A DNA stretch of 58,312 nt from the NCBI GenBank assembly GCA_902801525.1, contig CADCIN010000006.1:1-58312 (forward strand), in the 5' to 3' direction. Below, in pieces: positions 48,309 through 58,312 of this stretch. Each line of letters starts with the position of its first letter. Within the stretch, counting starts at the first letter, position 1. Below the pieces are notes generated by a model. That model worked only from the letters and a program-made list of their open reading frames with translations. It had not been told where the DNA came from and did no database searches. The stretch is from an uncultured Erysipelotrichaceae bacterium (lineage in GTDB: Bacteria; Bacillota_I; Bacilli_A; RF39; UBA660). The translations under genes and the position numbers were made by a program.

Positions 48309-51246
48309 TTAATTTTTTTATCCTTTCCACAATAATTTGAATATCACTATATCTTTTTTCAACAGACCCACTAACTTTAAATATATCTCCACGTTTAATA
48401 TCAGAATATAAATTATAAGTCTTTGGAAACATAGTAAATTCAATGCTACCAGTTTCATCACTACCAGTTATAAAAGCCATCTTATCTCCCTTTTTTGTAT
48501 TAATAATTTTAACTTTTTCAGTAAAAACTAATACATCTACTCTTTTAGATAAGTATTTAGAAACATCTCTAATAAGTATACAGTTATCATTATCTTTTTT
48601 ATACATAGTAGTTGGATGACTAGATAAATAGAAACCAAATACATTAAATTCTTTCTCTAAAATAAATTCTTGTGAATATTCAGTCTCCCTTTCTATCTCA
48701 GGTCTCATAACTAAAGAAGGATCAATATCTTTAGTAAGATCTGCATAATTTAGCAAACTATCTAAATTATTAATTAATGTTTGTCTAGAATACTTAAATT
48801 CATCAAATACACCAGCATAAATAAGTGTCTCAAAATTGTTCTTAGTAACACCCTCTATACTAAGTCTGCTAAATGTATCAAAGATATCTACAAATAATTT
48901 ATCTCCTCTAGCTTTAATAATAGAACTAGTAAGAACTCCACCAATAGATTTAATATTAGAAAATGGATAAATAATTTTTCCATTATAAACTTCGTATTTA
49001 TCACTGCTATAATTTATACTAGGTTTAACAATATCTAATTTGATAGATTTAGCTTCCATAATATATTCCTGTGTCTTATTAATACTACCAATAGAATTAG
49101 TAAGTAAATTAGCAAAAAAGTATAATGGATAATGACACTTTAAATAAGCCATTTTATACGCAATTATTGAGTATGCAACTGAATGTGATTTATTAAAACC
49201 ATAACCTGCAAAATTTAGTATCAAAGAAAATATCTTCATAGCCTGATTCTCATCATGTCCAAGCTTAATTGCTCCCTTTACAAATTTTTCTTCTTCATTT
49301 TTTAATAAATCAACTTTCTTTTTAGACATAGCACGTCTTAAAATATCAGCTTCTCCTAAGCTATAACCTGCATAAATAGATGCAGTCTGCATAATTTGTT
49401 CCTGATAAATAAGTATACCATAAGTATCAGCTAATATATTTTTTAAACCATCATCTAAGTAGTGTACTTCTTCTCTTCCAAACTTTCTCTCAATATATGA
49501 ATCAATACTAACATTAGCACCAGGTCTATAAAGTGCAATAGCTGCTACTATATCTTCAAATGAATTAGGCATAAGTCTCTTTAAAAAGTTTCTCATACCC
49601 ATAGATTCAAATTGAAATATTCCACATGTATTCGCATCACTAAATATTTTAAAAGTATCTGGATCATCAAGTGGAATATTAGAAAAATTAATCTTATCTT
49701 TATCATCTAAATCTTTATTAATAAAACTAATAATATTACTAATCATAGTTAAATTTTTAAGTCCTAAAAAGTCCATTTTTAAAAGACCTAAATCTTCAAG
49801 ATATTCAGCTGAATAACTAGTTAAATAAATATTATCACCCATAGTAAGAGGAACAACTTCATCTAAATCAATTTGACTCATTACTATACCTGCAGCATGT
49901 GATGAAGTATGTCTAGGAAATCCTTCTATTTTACAAGAGATAGAAAATAACTTCTTAAGAGAAATATCACTATCAATCATAGTTTTAAAAGATAAATTAT
50001 TGTTATATATATCTTTTAATTTATCATGAGTCATCGCCGGAATATAATGACTTAAATTGTCTATCTTATAAGAAGGAATATTAAGAATTCTGCCAACATC
50101 TCTAATAACTTGTTTAGCACCAAGAGTACCAAAAGTAACTATACCAGCTACTCTTTTATTCCCATATTTATTTCTAACATATGAAATAACTTCATCTCTT
50201 CTAGAATCAGGAAAATCAGAATCTATATCTGGCATAGTAACTCTTTCAGGATTTAAAAATCTTTCAAATAATAAATTATATTTTAAAGGATCAATATCCG
50301 TAATCCCTAGTGTAAAAGATACTAAACTACCAGCCGCACTACCTCTTCCTGGACCAACTAAAATACCATTTTTCTTAGCAAATTTAATAAAGTCATAAAC
50401 AACTAAAAAATAATTAGAAAATCCCATTTTTGTAATAATATTAAGTTCATGACTAAGTCTATTTTTATAATAATCAGGAACATTCCCACCAAGTCTTTTA
50501 TTAAGACCTACTTTACAAAGTTCAAATAAATACTTGTCAGGATCTTCACACTCATAAATAGGAAGTAAATTACGATTCTTAGGAAATTCAATATTACACA
50601 TATCACTAATAATCATTGAATTATTAATTCCAACATTATCAGTTAAACTATTTATATTACTAATATTTAAACTATGATTATATATATCATAATTGCATTC
50701 ATCAGAAACACTCTTACCATCTCTAATATAATATAAATAAGTTAATGTATCAAAATCATCATTATTAATATATAAATTTTCTCTAAAAAATACTCTTTTA
50801 AATTGACTCTTATTTAAAATATCCATCTCTAAAGAATCAGAATAACCCACATATAAGTTGGAGTATATATTTGAAAAGTTTTCATAATAGTCTCTTGATT
50901 TAAATGGTAAAATACATACTAAATCATTTGAATATTTCTTAATTTCATCTATTTTAATTAATCTTTCATTTTGTATTGTAGAAAGTTTCAGTAAATTCTT
51001 ATACCCGTCATAATTCTTAGCATATAAATTAAATGAATATTCTTCTAAAATAACTCTAAGACCAATAATAGACTTAATATTATTATCATTACATAATTTA
51101 ATAAAAGGCATTACACCATACATATTACTATCACAAAGACCGATACTAGTAATCTTATTATCTTTAGCATATGAAACCAAATCAGATATTTTAATTAAAC
51201 TAGAAAGCAATGTATAATTACTTTTATTATTTAATGGAATATACAT
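48298..51246 (-). CDS. dnaE: DNA polymerase III alpha subunit (DnaE)
   Basis: GPGRGSAAGS, FERFLNPER, MPDIDSDF, KMDFLGL, GYGFNKSH. Confidence 0.97.
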   Translation of the reverse strand: MYIPLNNKSNYTLLSSLIKISDLVSYAKDNKITSIGLCDSNMYGVMPFIKLCNDNNIKSIIGLRVILEEYSFNLYAKNYDGYKNLLKLSTIQNERLIKIDEIKKYSNDLVCILPFKSRDYYENFSNIYSNLYVGYSDSLEMDILNKSQFKRVFFRENLYINNDDFDTLTYLYYIRDGKSVSDECNYDIYNHSLNISNINSLTDNVGINNSMIISDMCNIEFPKNRNLLPIYECEDPDKYLFELCKVGLNKRLGGNVPDYYKNRLSHELNIITKMGFSNYFLVVYDFIKFAKKNGILVGPGRGSAAGSLVSFTLGITDIDPLKYNLLFERFLNPERVTMPDIDSDFPDSRRDEVISYVRNKYGNKRVAGIVTFGTLGAKQVIRDVGRILNIPSYKIDNLSHYIPAMTHDKLKDIYNNNLSFKTMIDSDISLKKLFSISCKIEGFPRHTSSHAAGIVMSQIDLDEVVPLTMGDNIYLTSYSAEYLEDLGLLKMDFLGLKNLTMISNIISFINKDLDDKDKINFSNIPLDDPDTFKIFSDANTCGIFQFESMGMRNFLKRLMPNSFEDIVAAIALYRPGANVSIDSYIERKFGREEVHYLDDGLKNILADTYGILIYQEQIMQTASIYAGYSLGEADILRRAMSKKKVDLLKNEEEKFVKGAIKLGHDENQAMKIFSLILNFAGYGFNKSHSVAYSIIAYKMAYLKCHYPLYFFANLLTNSIGSINKTQEYIMEAKSIKLDIVKPSINYSSDKYEVYNGKIIYPFSNIKSIGGVLTSSIIKARGDKLFVDIFDTFSRLSIEGVTKNNFETLIYAGVFDEFKYSRQTLINNLDSLLNYADLTKDIDPSLVMRPEIERETEYSQEFILEKEFNVFGFYLSSHPTTMYKKDNDNCILIRDVSKYLSKRVDVLVFTEKVKIINTKKGDKMAFITGSDETGSIEFTMFPKTYNLYSDIKRGDIFKVSGSVEKRYSDIQIIVERIKKLNEE

Positions 51247-51372
51247 AATAAGATCACCTCTTTCATGAATATTTTATCATAAAATAATGGAAATATGTAG
51301 GTTTTGTTTGACTTTCTATAATATTTATGATAAAGTTAAAAAGCGAATGAAAAAACCGAAGGAGGGATAAAT

Positions 51373-51552
51373 ATGGCAAGAAACATTTCTGAAAGAAAAC
51401 CAAATGTAAAAAACGAAAGATCCCATGCCCTAAATACTACTAAGAGAAAACAAGGATTAAATCTTCAAGTAGTAAGATTAGAAGATGGAACTAGAGTTAG
51501 AATGTCAATGAAAGACAAAAGAACATTATTAAAGAATCAACAAGCTGCATAA
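51373..51552 (+). CDS. rpmB: 50S ribosomal protein L28 (absent from the ORF track)
   Basis: MARNISERKPNVKNERSHALNTTKRKQGLNLQ...; GGAGG RBS; followed by terminator. Confidence 0.9.
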   Translation: MARNISERKPNVKNERSHALNTTKRKQGLNLQVVRLEDGTRVRMSMKDKRTLLKNQQAA

Positions 51553-51586
51553 TAAAAAATCATTTAAATAAATGATTTTTTTTATT
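51551..51586. terminator. Bidirectional intrinsic terminator
   Basis: AAAAATCATTT/AAATGATTTTT inverted repeat between convergent genes. Confidence 0.75.
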
Positions 51587-51606
51587 TATATATAAGTTTA
51601 ATTTTA

Positions 51607-52410
51607 TTACTTATCACATAGGTAACCGGCAAAGGTTACTTTTTCTTTTACTGAATCATAATTTTCATTTTTAGTATAATTAACATTAGTAAATGAATTA
51701 GAAATATGTTCAGGAGTTAAAGTATTAACATCAAATTTCGAAAAATCCACAGTTAATGTTGAATTAAATCCTGTATCTACAATATCAGATTTAATTTCAT
51801 AACCATTAATAGTTGAACCTTCTAACTTCTTGAACAAATTATAATAATTAGTAACATTCAAAGTACCTTGTTCATTACCAGTAGTTGGAATCATATGTAA
51901 TGTTTTAGTGTATTTACTTAATTTACTATTAATAAAATAGAAAGAAATAGCAGTATTTGAATCAGTACCATCACTAGCACCATTACTGGTAACACTACAA
52001 TTTAATTCTATAGAACTAACTTCATCACTAGTATTATCTTGAGAAACACTAGAAATATTTGAATTAACGTTTTCTCCATCTACAAAGTTCATAATCGTAG
52101 GATAAATAAGTCCCATTGTAATTGAAAAAATTCCTGCAATTGTAAGTAAAATAATAGGTTTCTTATTAGCTTTAGCCTCATACATAGCTACCTCTTCTAC
52201 TTCATTATAATTTAATACTTTTGAAGTAGGATCAGCTATCTCTACTACATTACTATTAGCAGAATATTTATCTACATTATTATCATTTATTTCACTAGTA
52301 TTTGTTATATTATTATTTGGCCTTAAAGCATTTTCTTTCGTACCAGCAGTAACATTATTTATTTCATCAACATTGACAACTTGTGCTTCTTCATTTTTTT
52401 GTTGATTCAT
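51607..52410 (-). CDS. Membrane protein with a YehR/DUF1307-like C-terminal domain
   Basis: N-rich N-terminus, one TM, LNCS and C-terminal GYLC. Confidence 0.6.
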   Translation of the reverse strand: MNQQKNEEAQVVNVDEINNVTAGTKENALRPNNNITNTSEINDNNVDKYSANSNVVEIADPTSKVLNYNEVEEVAMYEAKANKKPIILLTIAGIFSITMGLIYPTIMNFVDGENVNSNISSVSQDNTSDEVSSIELNCSVTSNGASDGTDSNTAISFYFINSKLSKYTKTLHMIPTTGNEQGTLNVTNYYNLFKKLEGSTINGYEIKSDIVDTGFNSTLTVDFSKFDVNTLTPEHISNSFTNVNYTKNENYDSVKEKVTFAGYLCDK

Positions 52411-52478
52411 ATTATCAACCCCATTCTACATTAATTATAATAAATTTACTAAAAAAAGGCAAATAAAAAACAACTATT

Positions 52479-54293
52479 TTAGTTGTTTTTTCTTGAATCA
52501 AATTTCTTACGTTCTTCAGTATTAAGTATTTTCTTACGTATTCTAATATTATTAGGTGTAACTTCAACTAATTCATCAGAATTAATATAATCAAGTGCAT
52601 ATTCTAAAGTAATTGGTCTAGGTCTCTTTAATACAACAGTATGATCAGATCCAGAAGCACGTGTATTTGTTAATTGCTTACCTTTAACAACATTAACAGC
52701 TAAATCATTATCACGATTACATTCCCCAATAACCATACCTTCATATACTTCAGTACCAGGCTCAATAAACATTGTACCACGATCTTCTAAGTTACCAATT
52801 GAATAAGCAGTTGATGCACCATTTTCCATAGAAACTAAAACACCAAGTTTTCTTTCACCAATGTCAACACTTTCATATGGCATATAATCTTTAAATGTAT
52901 GATTCATAATACCATATCCACGAGTAAGTGTCATAAATTCTGTAGAGAAACCAATTAATCCACGAGATGGAATTGTATAAAGTAATCTAACTTGACCTTC
53001 AAAATTAGTCATATTTTCCATTTTTCCACCACGAATACCAAGTTGTTCAATAACACTACCTACAGAGTCTTCTGGAACTTCAATTTGTAATTCCTCATAT
53101 GGCTCACATTTAACTCCATCTATTTCTTTAATAATAACTGTTGGCTTAGAAACTTCAAGTTCAAATCCTTCACGTCTCATATTTTCAATTAAAATACCTA
53201 AGTGAAGCTCTCCACGCCCACTTACTAAGAAAGATTCATTAGAGGCTTGTTCAACTTTTAAACTAACATCTTTTTGTGTTTCACGAATTAATCTTTCCTC
53301 AATTTTTCGTGCAGTAACAATCTTACCATCTTTACCAACAAATGGAGATGAATTTGTACCAAAAGTCATTTGAAGAGTTGGTTCGTCAATATGAAGTTGT
53401 GGAAGAGGAAGTACATTACTACTATCACAAACTGTTTCTCCTACTGAAATATCAGCAAGACCAGCAATTGCAATAACATCTCCAGCTTCTGCTTCATTAA
53501 TTTCTACTCTATTATATCCATAGAAACCAAATAATTTTTGAATTCTAAATTGTTTTGTAGAACCATCTAATCTACAACATGTAACCATTTCTCCAGTTTT
53601 AATTTTACCATTATGAACACGTCCAATACCAATTCTTCCAACAAAATCATTATAATCTAATAATGCTGGTTGGAATTGTAACGGAGCATCAATATCACCT
53701 TTTGGTGCAGGAATTTCCTCTAAAATAGAATCAAGTAAAGGATCAAATCCTTCTTTTTGAGTACTTAAATCGTCGCTTAATGAACAAGTACCATTAATTG
53801 CAGATGCATAGATAACTTTAAAATCTAATTGTTCATCATCAGCACCTAATTCAATAAATAAATCTAATACTTCATCAACAACTTGTTTACATCTTGCAGA
53901 TGGTTTATCAACTTTATTAATAACAACAATAGGTTTAACTTTTGCTTCAAAAGCTTTCTTTAAAACGAATCTTGTTTGAGGCATAGCTCCTTCATAAGCA
54001 TCAACAACTAAAATAACACCATCAACCATATTCATAATACGTTCAACTTCTCCACCAAAATCAGCATGTCCCGGTGTATCTAAAATATTAATACGTACAT
54101 CTTTATAATCTAATGCAGTAGTTTTAGCTAAAATTGTAATACCACGTTCTCTTTCAAGATCATTTGAATCCATAGATACATTTGATACATCTTGATTATC
54201 TCTAAACATACCAGAATGTTTTAAGATACCATCAACTAAAGTTGTTTTTCCATGATCGACATGGGCAATAATTGCAACATTTCTTTTTTTCAT
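52479..54293 (-). CDS. typA: Translational GTPase TypA/BipA
   Basis: [36 protein letters not shown]. Confidence 0.98.
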   Translation of the reverse strand: MKKRNVAIIAHVDHGKTTLVDGILKHSGMFRDNQDVSNVSMDSNDLERERGITILAKTTALDYKDVRINILDTPGHADFGGEVERIMNMVDGVILVVDAYEGAMPQTRFVLKKAFEAKVKPIVVINKVDKPSARCKQVVDEVLDLFIELGADDEQLDFKVIYASAINGTCSLSDDLSTQKEGFDPLLDSILEEIPAPKGDIDAPLQFQPALLDYNDFVGRIGIGRVHNGKIKTGEMVTCCRLDGSTKQFRIQKLFGFYGYNRVEINEAEAGDVIAIAGLADISVGETVCDSSNVLPLPQLHIDEPTLQMTFGTNSSPFVGKDGKIVTARKIEERLIRETQKDVSLKVEQASNESFLVSGRGELHLGILIENMRREGFELEVSKPTVIIKEIDGVKCEPYEELQIEVPEDSVGSVIEQLGIRGGKMENMTNFEGQVRLLYTIPSRGLIGFSTEFMTLTRGYGIMNHTFKDYMPYESVDIGERKLGVLVSMENGASTAYSIGNLEDRGTMFIEPGTEVYEGMVIGECNRDNDLAVNVVKGKQLTNTRASGSDHTVVLKRPRPITLEYALDYINSDELVEVTPNNIRIRKKILNTEERKKFDSRKNN

Positions 54294-54361
54294 ACTTCAC
54301 TCTTCCTTTTCATAACGGCATTAATTATAACATATAAAAAAATAAAATACTAGTATTTTTA

Positions 54362-54976
54362 TTAAAAAAATAAGGTAAAAAAGTAAAATTTCTTCTTTTT
54401 TAAAAATTTATGTATGTAACTTAATATAATTATAAGTAGTAAAATAATAATAGGTATCTTTAATTTAGAAAGATAATTATTAATAAAAGTCCAATTATCA
54501 CCAAGTTTATATCCAAGATATACAAATACAAAAGTCCATGGAATTGAACCTATAAAAGTATATATAACAAACTTAATAAAAGATAATCTGTAAATTCCAA
54601 TAGGAAGAGAAATCAAAGTTCTAACTATTGGAAAATTACGACATACTAAGGCACCAATTAAACCATACTTATTAAACACAAAATTACTTTTAGAAATGTC
54701 TTCTTCTTTCATAAAAAAATACTTACCATACTTCTTAATAAAACTATATCCTCCAAAATAACCTATTAAGTAAATAATAATAGCACAAAAAACACTTCCT
54801 AAAAGTCCAGTAATAAACACACCCCAAAAAGAAAAAACACCTCTTCCTGCAAGTATTCCACCAAATGCAAGAATGGCTTCACTTGGAATAACAATTATAA
54901 CTGCTTCTAAAACCATTCCAAGAAATATTCCAAAATAACCAAAATCAGAAATAAGACCAATCAAAAATGAATTCAA
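54362..54976 (-). CDS. DedA family membrane protein
   Basis: GY.GIF..M.LE, IPSE, P.VRT.IS.P.G. Confidence 0.92.
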   Translation of the reverse strand: MNSFLIGLISDFGYFGIFLGMVLEAVIIVIPSEAILAFGGILAGRGVFSFWGVFITGLLGSVFCAIIIYLIGYFGGYSFIKKYGKYFFMKEEDISKSNFVFNKYGLIGALVCRNFPIVRTLISLPIGIYRLSFIKFVIYTFIGSIPWTFVFVYLGYKLGDNWTFINNYLSKLKIPIIILLLIIILSYIHKFLKKKKFYFFTLFF

Positions 54977-55030
54977 TCTATCACCTATTTAATATTATTC
55001 GAAAAAAATAAAAAAAATTTAAAAAATATG

Positions 55031-55058
55031 TTGACAAGTTAAATATATTTGATATAAT
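55031..55058 (+). promoter_or_regulatory. Promoter of tRNA-Gly
   Basis: TTGACA-16 nt-TATAAT with extended -10 TG. Confidence 0.75.
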
Positions 55059-55107
55059 TGTAAATGTCTACTGATTAGTCAACCAATTTTGGAAGGCTAA
55101 GAAAAGT

Positions 55108-55181
55108 GCGGATGTAGTTTAATGGTAGAACCTCAGCCTTCCAAGCTGACTACGTGGGTTCGATTCCCATCATCCGCTCCA
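55108..55181 (+). tRNA. tRNA-Gly (anticodon TCC)
   Basis: GCGGATG/CATCCGC acceptor stem, TCAGC-CTTCCAA-GCTGA anticodon arm, GTTCGATT T-loop, encoded CCA. Confidence 0.97.
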
Positions 55182-55263
55182 TTTGAATTCAAAGTACGTC
55201 AGAAATGATGTGCTTTTTATTTTTCAAAGTGTTTTCTTTTGTAGAAAGGAGGCACTTTTTTCT

Positions 55264-55551
55264 ATGAAAATAAAACTATTACAAGAGTTAAATCCTAGTC
55301 CACGAACATTAAAATCAATTAGTTCTACTCATCCATATAAGATACAAATAACTAGTGGAAAAATAAATATATTAGAACCTACTAATATTGAAACTATTAT
55401 CCCTATAAGGTATTTATTATTTTATAGAACTAAAATAATTGAGTTTTATGAATATCCTGAAGATCGTGTTAAAGGAAATAATTTTATTAATCATCAAACG
55501 AAACAAACTTTTAACAAAAATGAATTAAAAGCATATATAACAAATTATTAA
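55264..55551 (+). CDS. Hypothetical protein
   Basis: AAAGGAGG RBS upstream of ATG 55264. Confidence 0.6.
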   Translation: MKIKLLQELNPSPRTLKSISSTHPYKIQITSGKINILEPTNIETIIPIRYLLFYRTKIIEFYEYPEDRVKGNNFINHQTKQTFNKNELKAYITNY

Positions 55552-55647
55552 AATTCATTCCCTAAATAAGGAATTGACTTTAATAAATATGAAGTCTATT
55601 ATAAAAAACTAATAACAAGTCTTATTATTTGGAAAGTGAGGTTAAAA

Positions 55648-57412
55648 ATGAATAATAAAGTTGCTATATATGTGAGAGTATCAACTGATGAACAAAGAGA
55701 TAATGGATATTCTATTGATTCACAACTTCGTATGTTAAAAGAATATGCTGATAAAAATAATTATAATATAGTTGGAATATATAACGATGCTGGATATTCT
55801 GGCAAGAACTTAATGCGACCTGAAATACAAAGATTATTAAAAGATATTGAAGATGGTAAAATTGATATTCTTTTGGCTATTAAAACCGATAGATTAACAA
55901 GAGATGGTTATGATGGATATTGGCTATTACATCAATGTGATAAATATAATGTAAGAATTGAATTAACTCTTGAACCATTTGATATATCTACGGCTAATGG
56001 TGAAATGATGTTTGGACTTAATTTAGCCTTTGGGCAAAGAGAAAGAAAAGAAATAAGTGCTAGAACTAAACGAGGATTAGAACAAATGGCTATTGAACAT
56101 AAACATCCTAATAAACCACCATATGGCTATATTAGAGATCCAATAACTAAACATTTAGAAATAGAACCAGTTGAAGCTGAAGTTGTAAAAGATATATTTA
56201 ATATGTCAGTTGATGGAATTCCATATAGGCAAATAGCCGAAAAAATGAGAAATGAAAATAGATATTTAAAACGAGGTAAATGGTCTGATTCTAGAGTATG
56301 CAAAATATTAGATAATGAAATATATATTGGAACTTTTAGATTTGGTAAATATAATCGTAAAAAGGAAGAACAATTAGTAATTGAGAACTATTGTGAACCA
56401 ATTATTAGTAAAGAAATATGGAATAAATCCAGAAAGCAAATTAAAAGAAATTGTCATGAAAACTATGGAAAACATACTCATATATTTTCTAATTTAGTTG
56501 TATGTCCTCATTGCGAAAATATATTAAGTTCTACTTTTTCTCATAAGAAAACTAAAGATGGTTATCAAGACTATTATTTTCTAGTTTGTAAGAACAAAAA
56601 AATGTACTCACAAAGGATTACATTATAGTTGTGATAGATTAGAAAGAACTTTATCTAAATTATTAAATGAATTAATAATCTATATGACTGAAAATCCAGA
56701 GAATATAATTAAACCAAAAATTGATACTAATAAAGATTTTGAGAATATAGAAAAAGCGATTCAAAAATTAAAACAACAAGAAGAAAAATTGATTGAACTA
56801 TATTTATCTAGTAGTTTAGATGTAGAAACTATTAATCGTAAAAATGAAATGATTAAAAATGAGATTACTGAACTTGAAACAAAGAAAAAAGAATTAAACT
56901 ATGAAGAACCATTAGACATTAAAATAGAATTAATGGAATCTTTTAATAATTCTAATTTAAACAATTACTTAATGAATAAAGAATTACCTATTTATCAAAA
57001 GTGGTTAAAGTTAGATCCTGAAACTAAAAAATTAATATTACATAAATTTATAAGACAAATAGAAATTAGCCGTGATGAAGAATATTTTATAGATATAACA
57101 AACATTAAATTTGAAAAACAATATTTTAATAAAAATGCTGATGAATTTTTAAATGATTTAATGCTATCTTTAAGAGAAAATTATAAAGGATTTGAATATA
57201 AACAAATTAGAGATATGGATACATTACTAACTTTATATGAAAACTATAATTCAATTAGTGTAGAAGATTACTTAAATAATAATCATAATATTCATGATGA
57301 CTTTAAAGAACAAATAAATAATCTAGTAGCTAATCAAGGTGTATTAGTTGCTTCAATTATAATAGATAATAAGTTTGTTGATGAAGTCTTATTTATCCCA
57401 AAAATGCCATAA
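55648..57412 (+). pseudogene. Large serine recombinase split by a frameshift
   Basis: YVRVSTDEQ (catalytic Ser), DRLTR, PPYGY, CPHC zinc ribbon; removing one A from A7 at 56596-56602 joins the two ORFs. Confidence 0.85.
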
Positions 57413-57430
57413 TTATTATGGTATTTTTTT
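57400..57430 (+). terminator. Terminator after the recombinase
   Basis: ATGCCATAA/TTATGGTAT hairpin followed by T7. Confidence 0.65.
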
Positions 57431-57651
57431 ATCAGGATAAGATGATGGTACCACCACATACATTTTACCTATATAAAATATATGTTCCCTATGGTACCAA
57501 ACTTATTTTGCACTTGCAAAATTTATCCCAAAACAAGTTTGTAATGTTATTTTTTATTTATATATACTAGGGATATGTATATCCCAATTTAATAAAACTG
57601 ATAAAAATAGTGGGATGTATTATTGCAAATAAAAAGTTGGTTTTTTCCAAC

Positions 57652-57957
57652 TCAATTTTTAATTAAATCACTATAATATATTATTTCCTTTCCAAGTTTT
57701 GTGGCATACTCTATTTCTAAACTTGTACTTTCTCCAATGTAATTATTTACATTCATTACGAGTATAACATCAGATATCTCTATTCTCTTAAAATGTGCTT
57801 TCTTTAAATAATTCAATTGATTATCAGTTATATTTAAATTATTAGATACAGGGTAAGTAGGTGTTAAAACACAATAACCATCTAATGCCATTTTTTCAGC
57901 TATTTCCATCATTTCTTTTTTAAATTTTAAACTTCCACATATTGTCATTATCTTCAT
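57652..57957 (-). CDS. Nucleoside 2-deoxyribosyltransferase-like small protein
   Basis: TICGS.KF, H...I..SD...V.N...YIGEST..EI.YA...GK. Confidence 0.7.
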   Translation of the reverse strand: MKIMTICGSLKFKKEMMEIAEKMALDGYCVLTPTYPVSNNLNITDNQLNYLKKAHFKRIEISDVILVMNVNNYIGESTSLEIEYATKLGKEIIYYSDLIKN

Positions 57958-57982
57958 TATCATCACCTCATTAAAAACTATG

Positions 57983-58312
57983 TTAATAGTTCCATATTCC
58001 TAATTTACCTTTTGCTGGTATTGGCTCATCTAATACTTCTAATACTTTTAATTTCCATGCATATCTTCCTTCAGAATATAATCCATAATCATATTCTGAA
58101 GTTTCTTTATTAATATATTTAATAAATTCATCAGTCATGGGAATACAATCTACTAACTCACATTTGCATAATATAAAACCAGGTTTAATTTCAGATTTTA
58201 AATATTTATTTGCACTTTCTACTCTTTCTGATTTACTTAATGATAAGCTAGCATGAATATATATTTCACCTCTATAATTTGTTTTCCAACTTCTAGTTTC
58301 ATATATTTTTAC
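57983..58312 (-). CDS. ASCH domain protein (5' end outside the window)
   Basis: KIYETRSWKTNYRGEIYIHAS...GRYAW...PAKGKLGIWNY. Confidence 0.9.
   Translation of the reverse strand, partial: VKIYETRSWKTNYRGEIYIHASLSLSKSERVESANKYLKSEIKPGFILCKCELVDCIPMTDEFIKYINKETSEYDYGLYSEGRYAWKLKVLEVLDEPIPAKGKLGIWNY

Larger units (their letters stand above)
55182..58312. mobile_element. Start of a putative genomic island downstream of tRNA-Gly
   Basis: Large serine recombinase just 3' of a tRNA, followed by accessory-type genes; far boundary not in the window. Confidence 0.55.

Noticed and set aside
50600-51246. Loss of metal-binding His residues in the DnaE PHP domain
   Set aside because: Common in Firmicute DnaE enzymes that work alongside PolC; not novel.
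55183-55263. N-terminal extension of the ORF starting right after tRNA-Gly
   Set aside because: No RBS is possible within the tRNA end; a strong AAAGGAGG points to ATG 55264.
9935-57412. Idea that the serine recombinase mobilises the Tad-T4SS locus as one ICE
   Set aside because: About 19 kb of core genes (greA, mltG, dnaE, rpmB, typA) and the tRNA lie between them.
1-58312. CRISPR array, rRNA, IS elements, retron or DGR reverse transcriptase
   Set aside because: No regularly spaced repeats, rRNA-like GC-rich blocks, transposase motifs or RT motifs seen.
1-58312. Alternative genetic code (UGA=Trp) suggested by the low GC
   Set aside because: Long genes are open under code 11, Trp is TGG, and TGA ends genes at 38399 and 57652.

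Overview
Very AT-rich (about 25% GC by eye), gene-dense chromosomal segment read with genetic code 11 (TGA is a stop, TGG is Trp). Gene content and the Bacillus-like ireB-ruvX-yrzB-mltG-trmR-yrrN-yrrO-greA synteny point to a small-genome Bacilli-class organism, possibly an uncultured RF39-type lineage (inference). Housekeeping genes (relQ-like, T-box/asnS, trpS, rmuC, greA, mltG cluster, rluD-type, lspA, dnaE, rpmB, typA, tRNA-Gly) flank a ~26.5 kb co-oriented locus (9935-36424). This locus joins a Tad/Flp pilus module (CpaB, TadA, TadB, TadC, an unannotated 51-aa Flp-like pilin, pseudopilins, a TadZ-like pseudo-ATPase) to a type IV secretion module (two VirB2-like pilins, VirB6, VirB3, VirB4, a SpoIID-C39 wall hydrolase, VirD4). 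It also carries a class B sortase and large Cys-rich surface proteins. No relaxase, integrase, replication gene or att boundary is recognisable in or next to it. It therefore looks like a chromosomally domesticated attachment-plus-secretion machine rather than an ICE. Several orphan genes ending in basic tails, some behind consensus promoters, are candidate substrates. Other items: a PAS/PAC-GGDEF pseudogene, a catalytically degenerate PrdX-like gene under an Asn T-box, and a frameshifted large serine recombinase starting an island after tRNA-Gly. All family assignments come from motif reading, not database searches.
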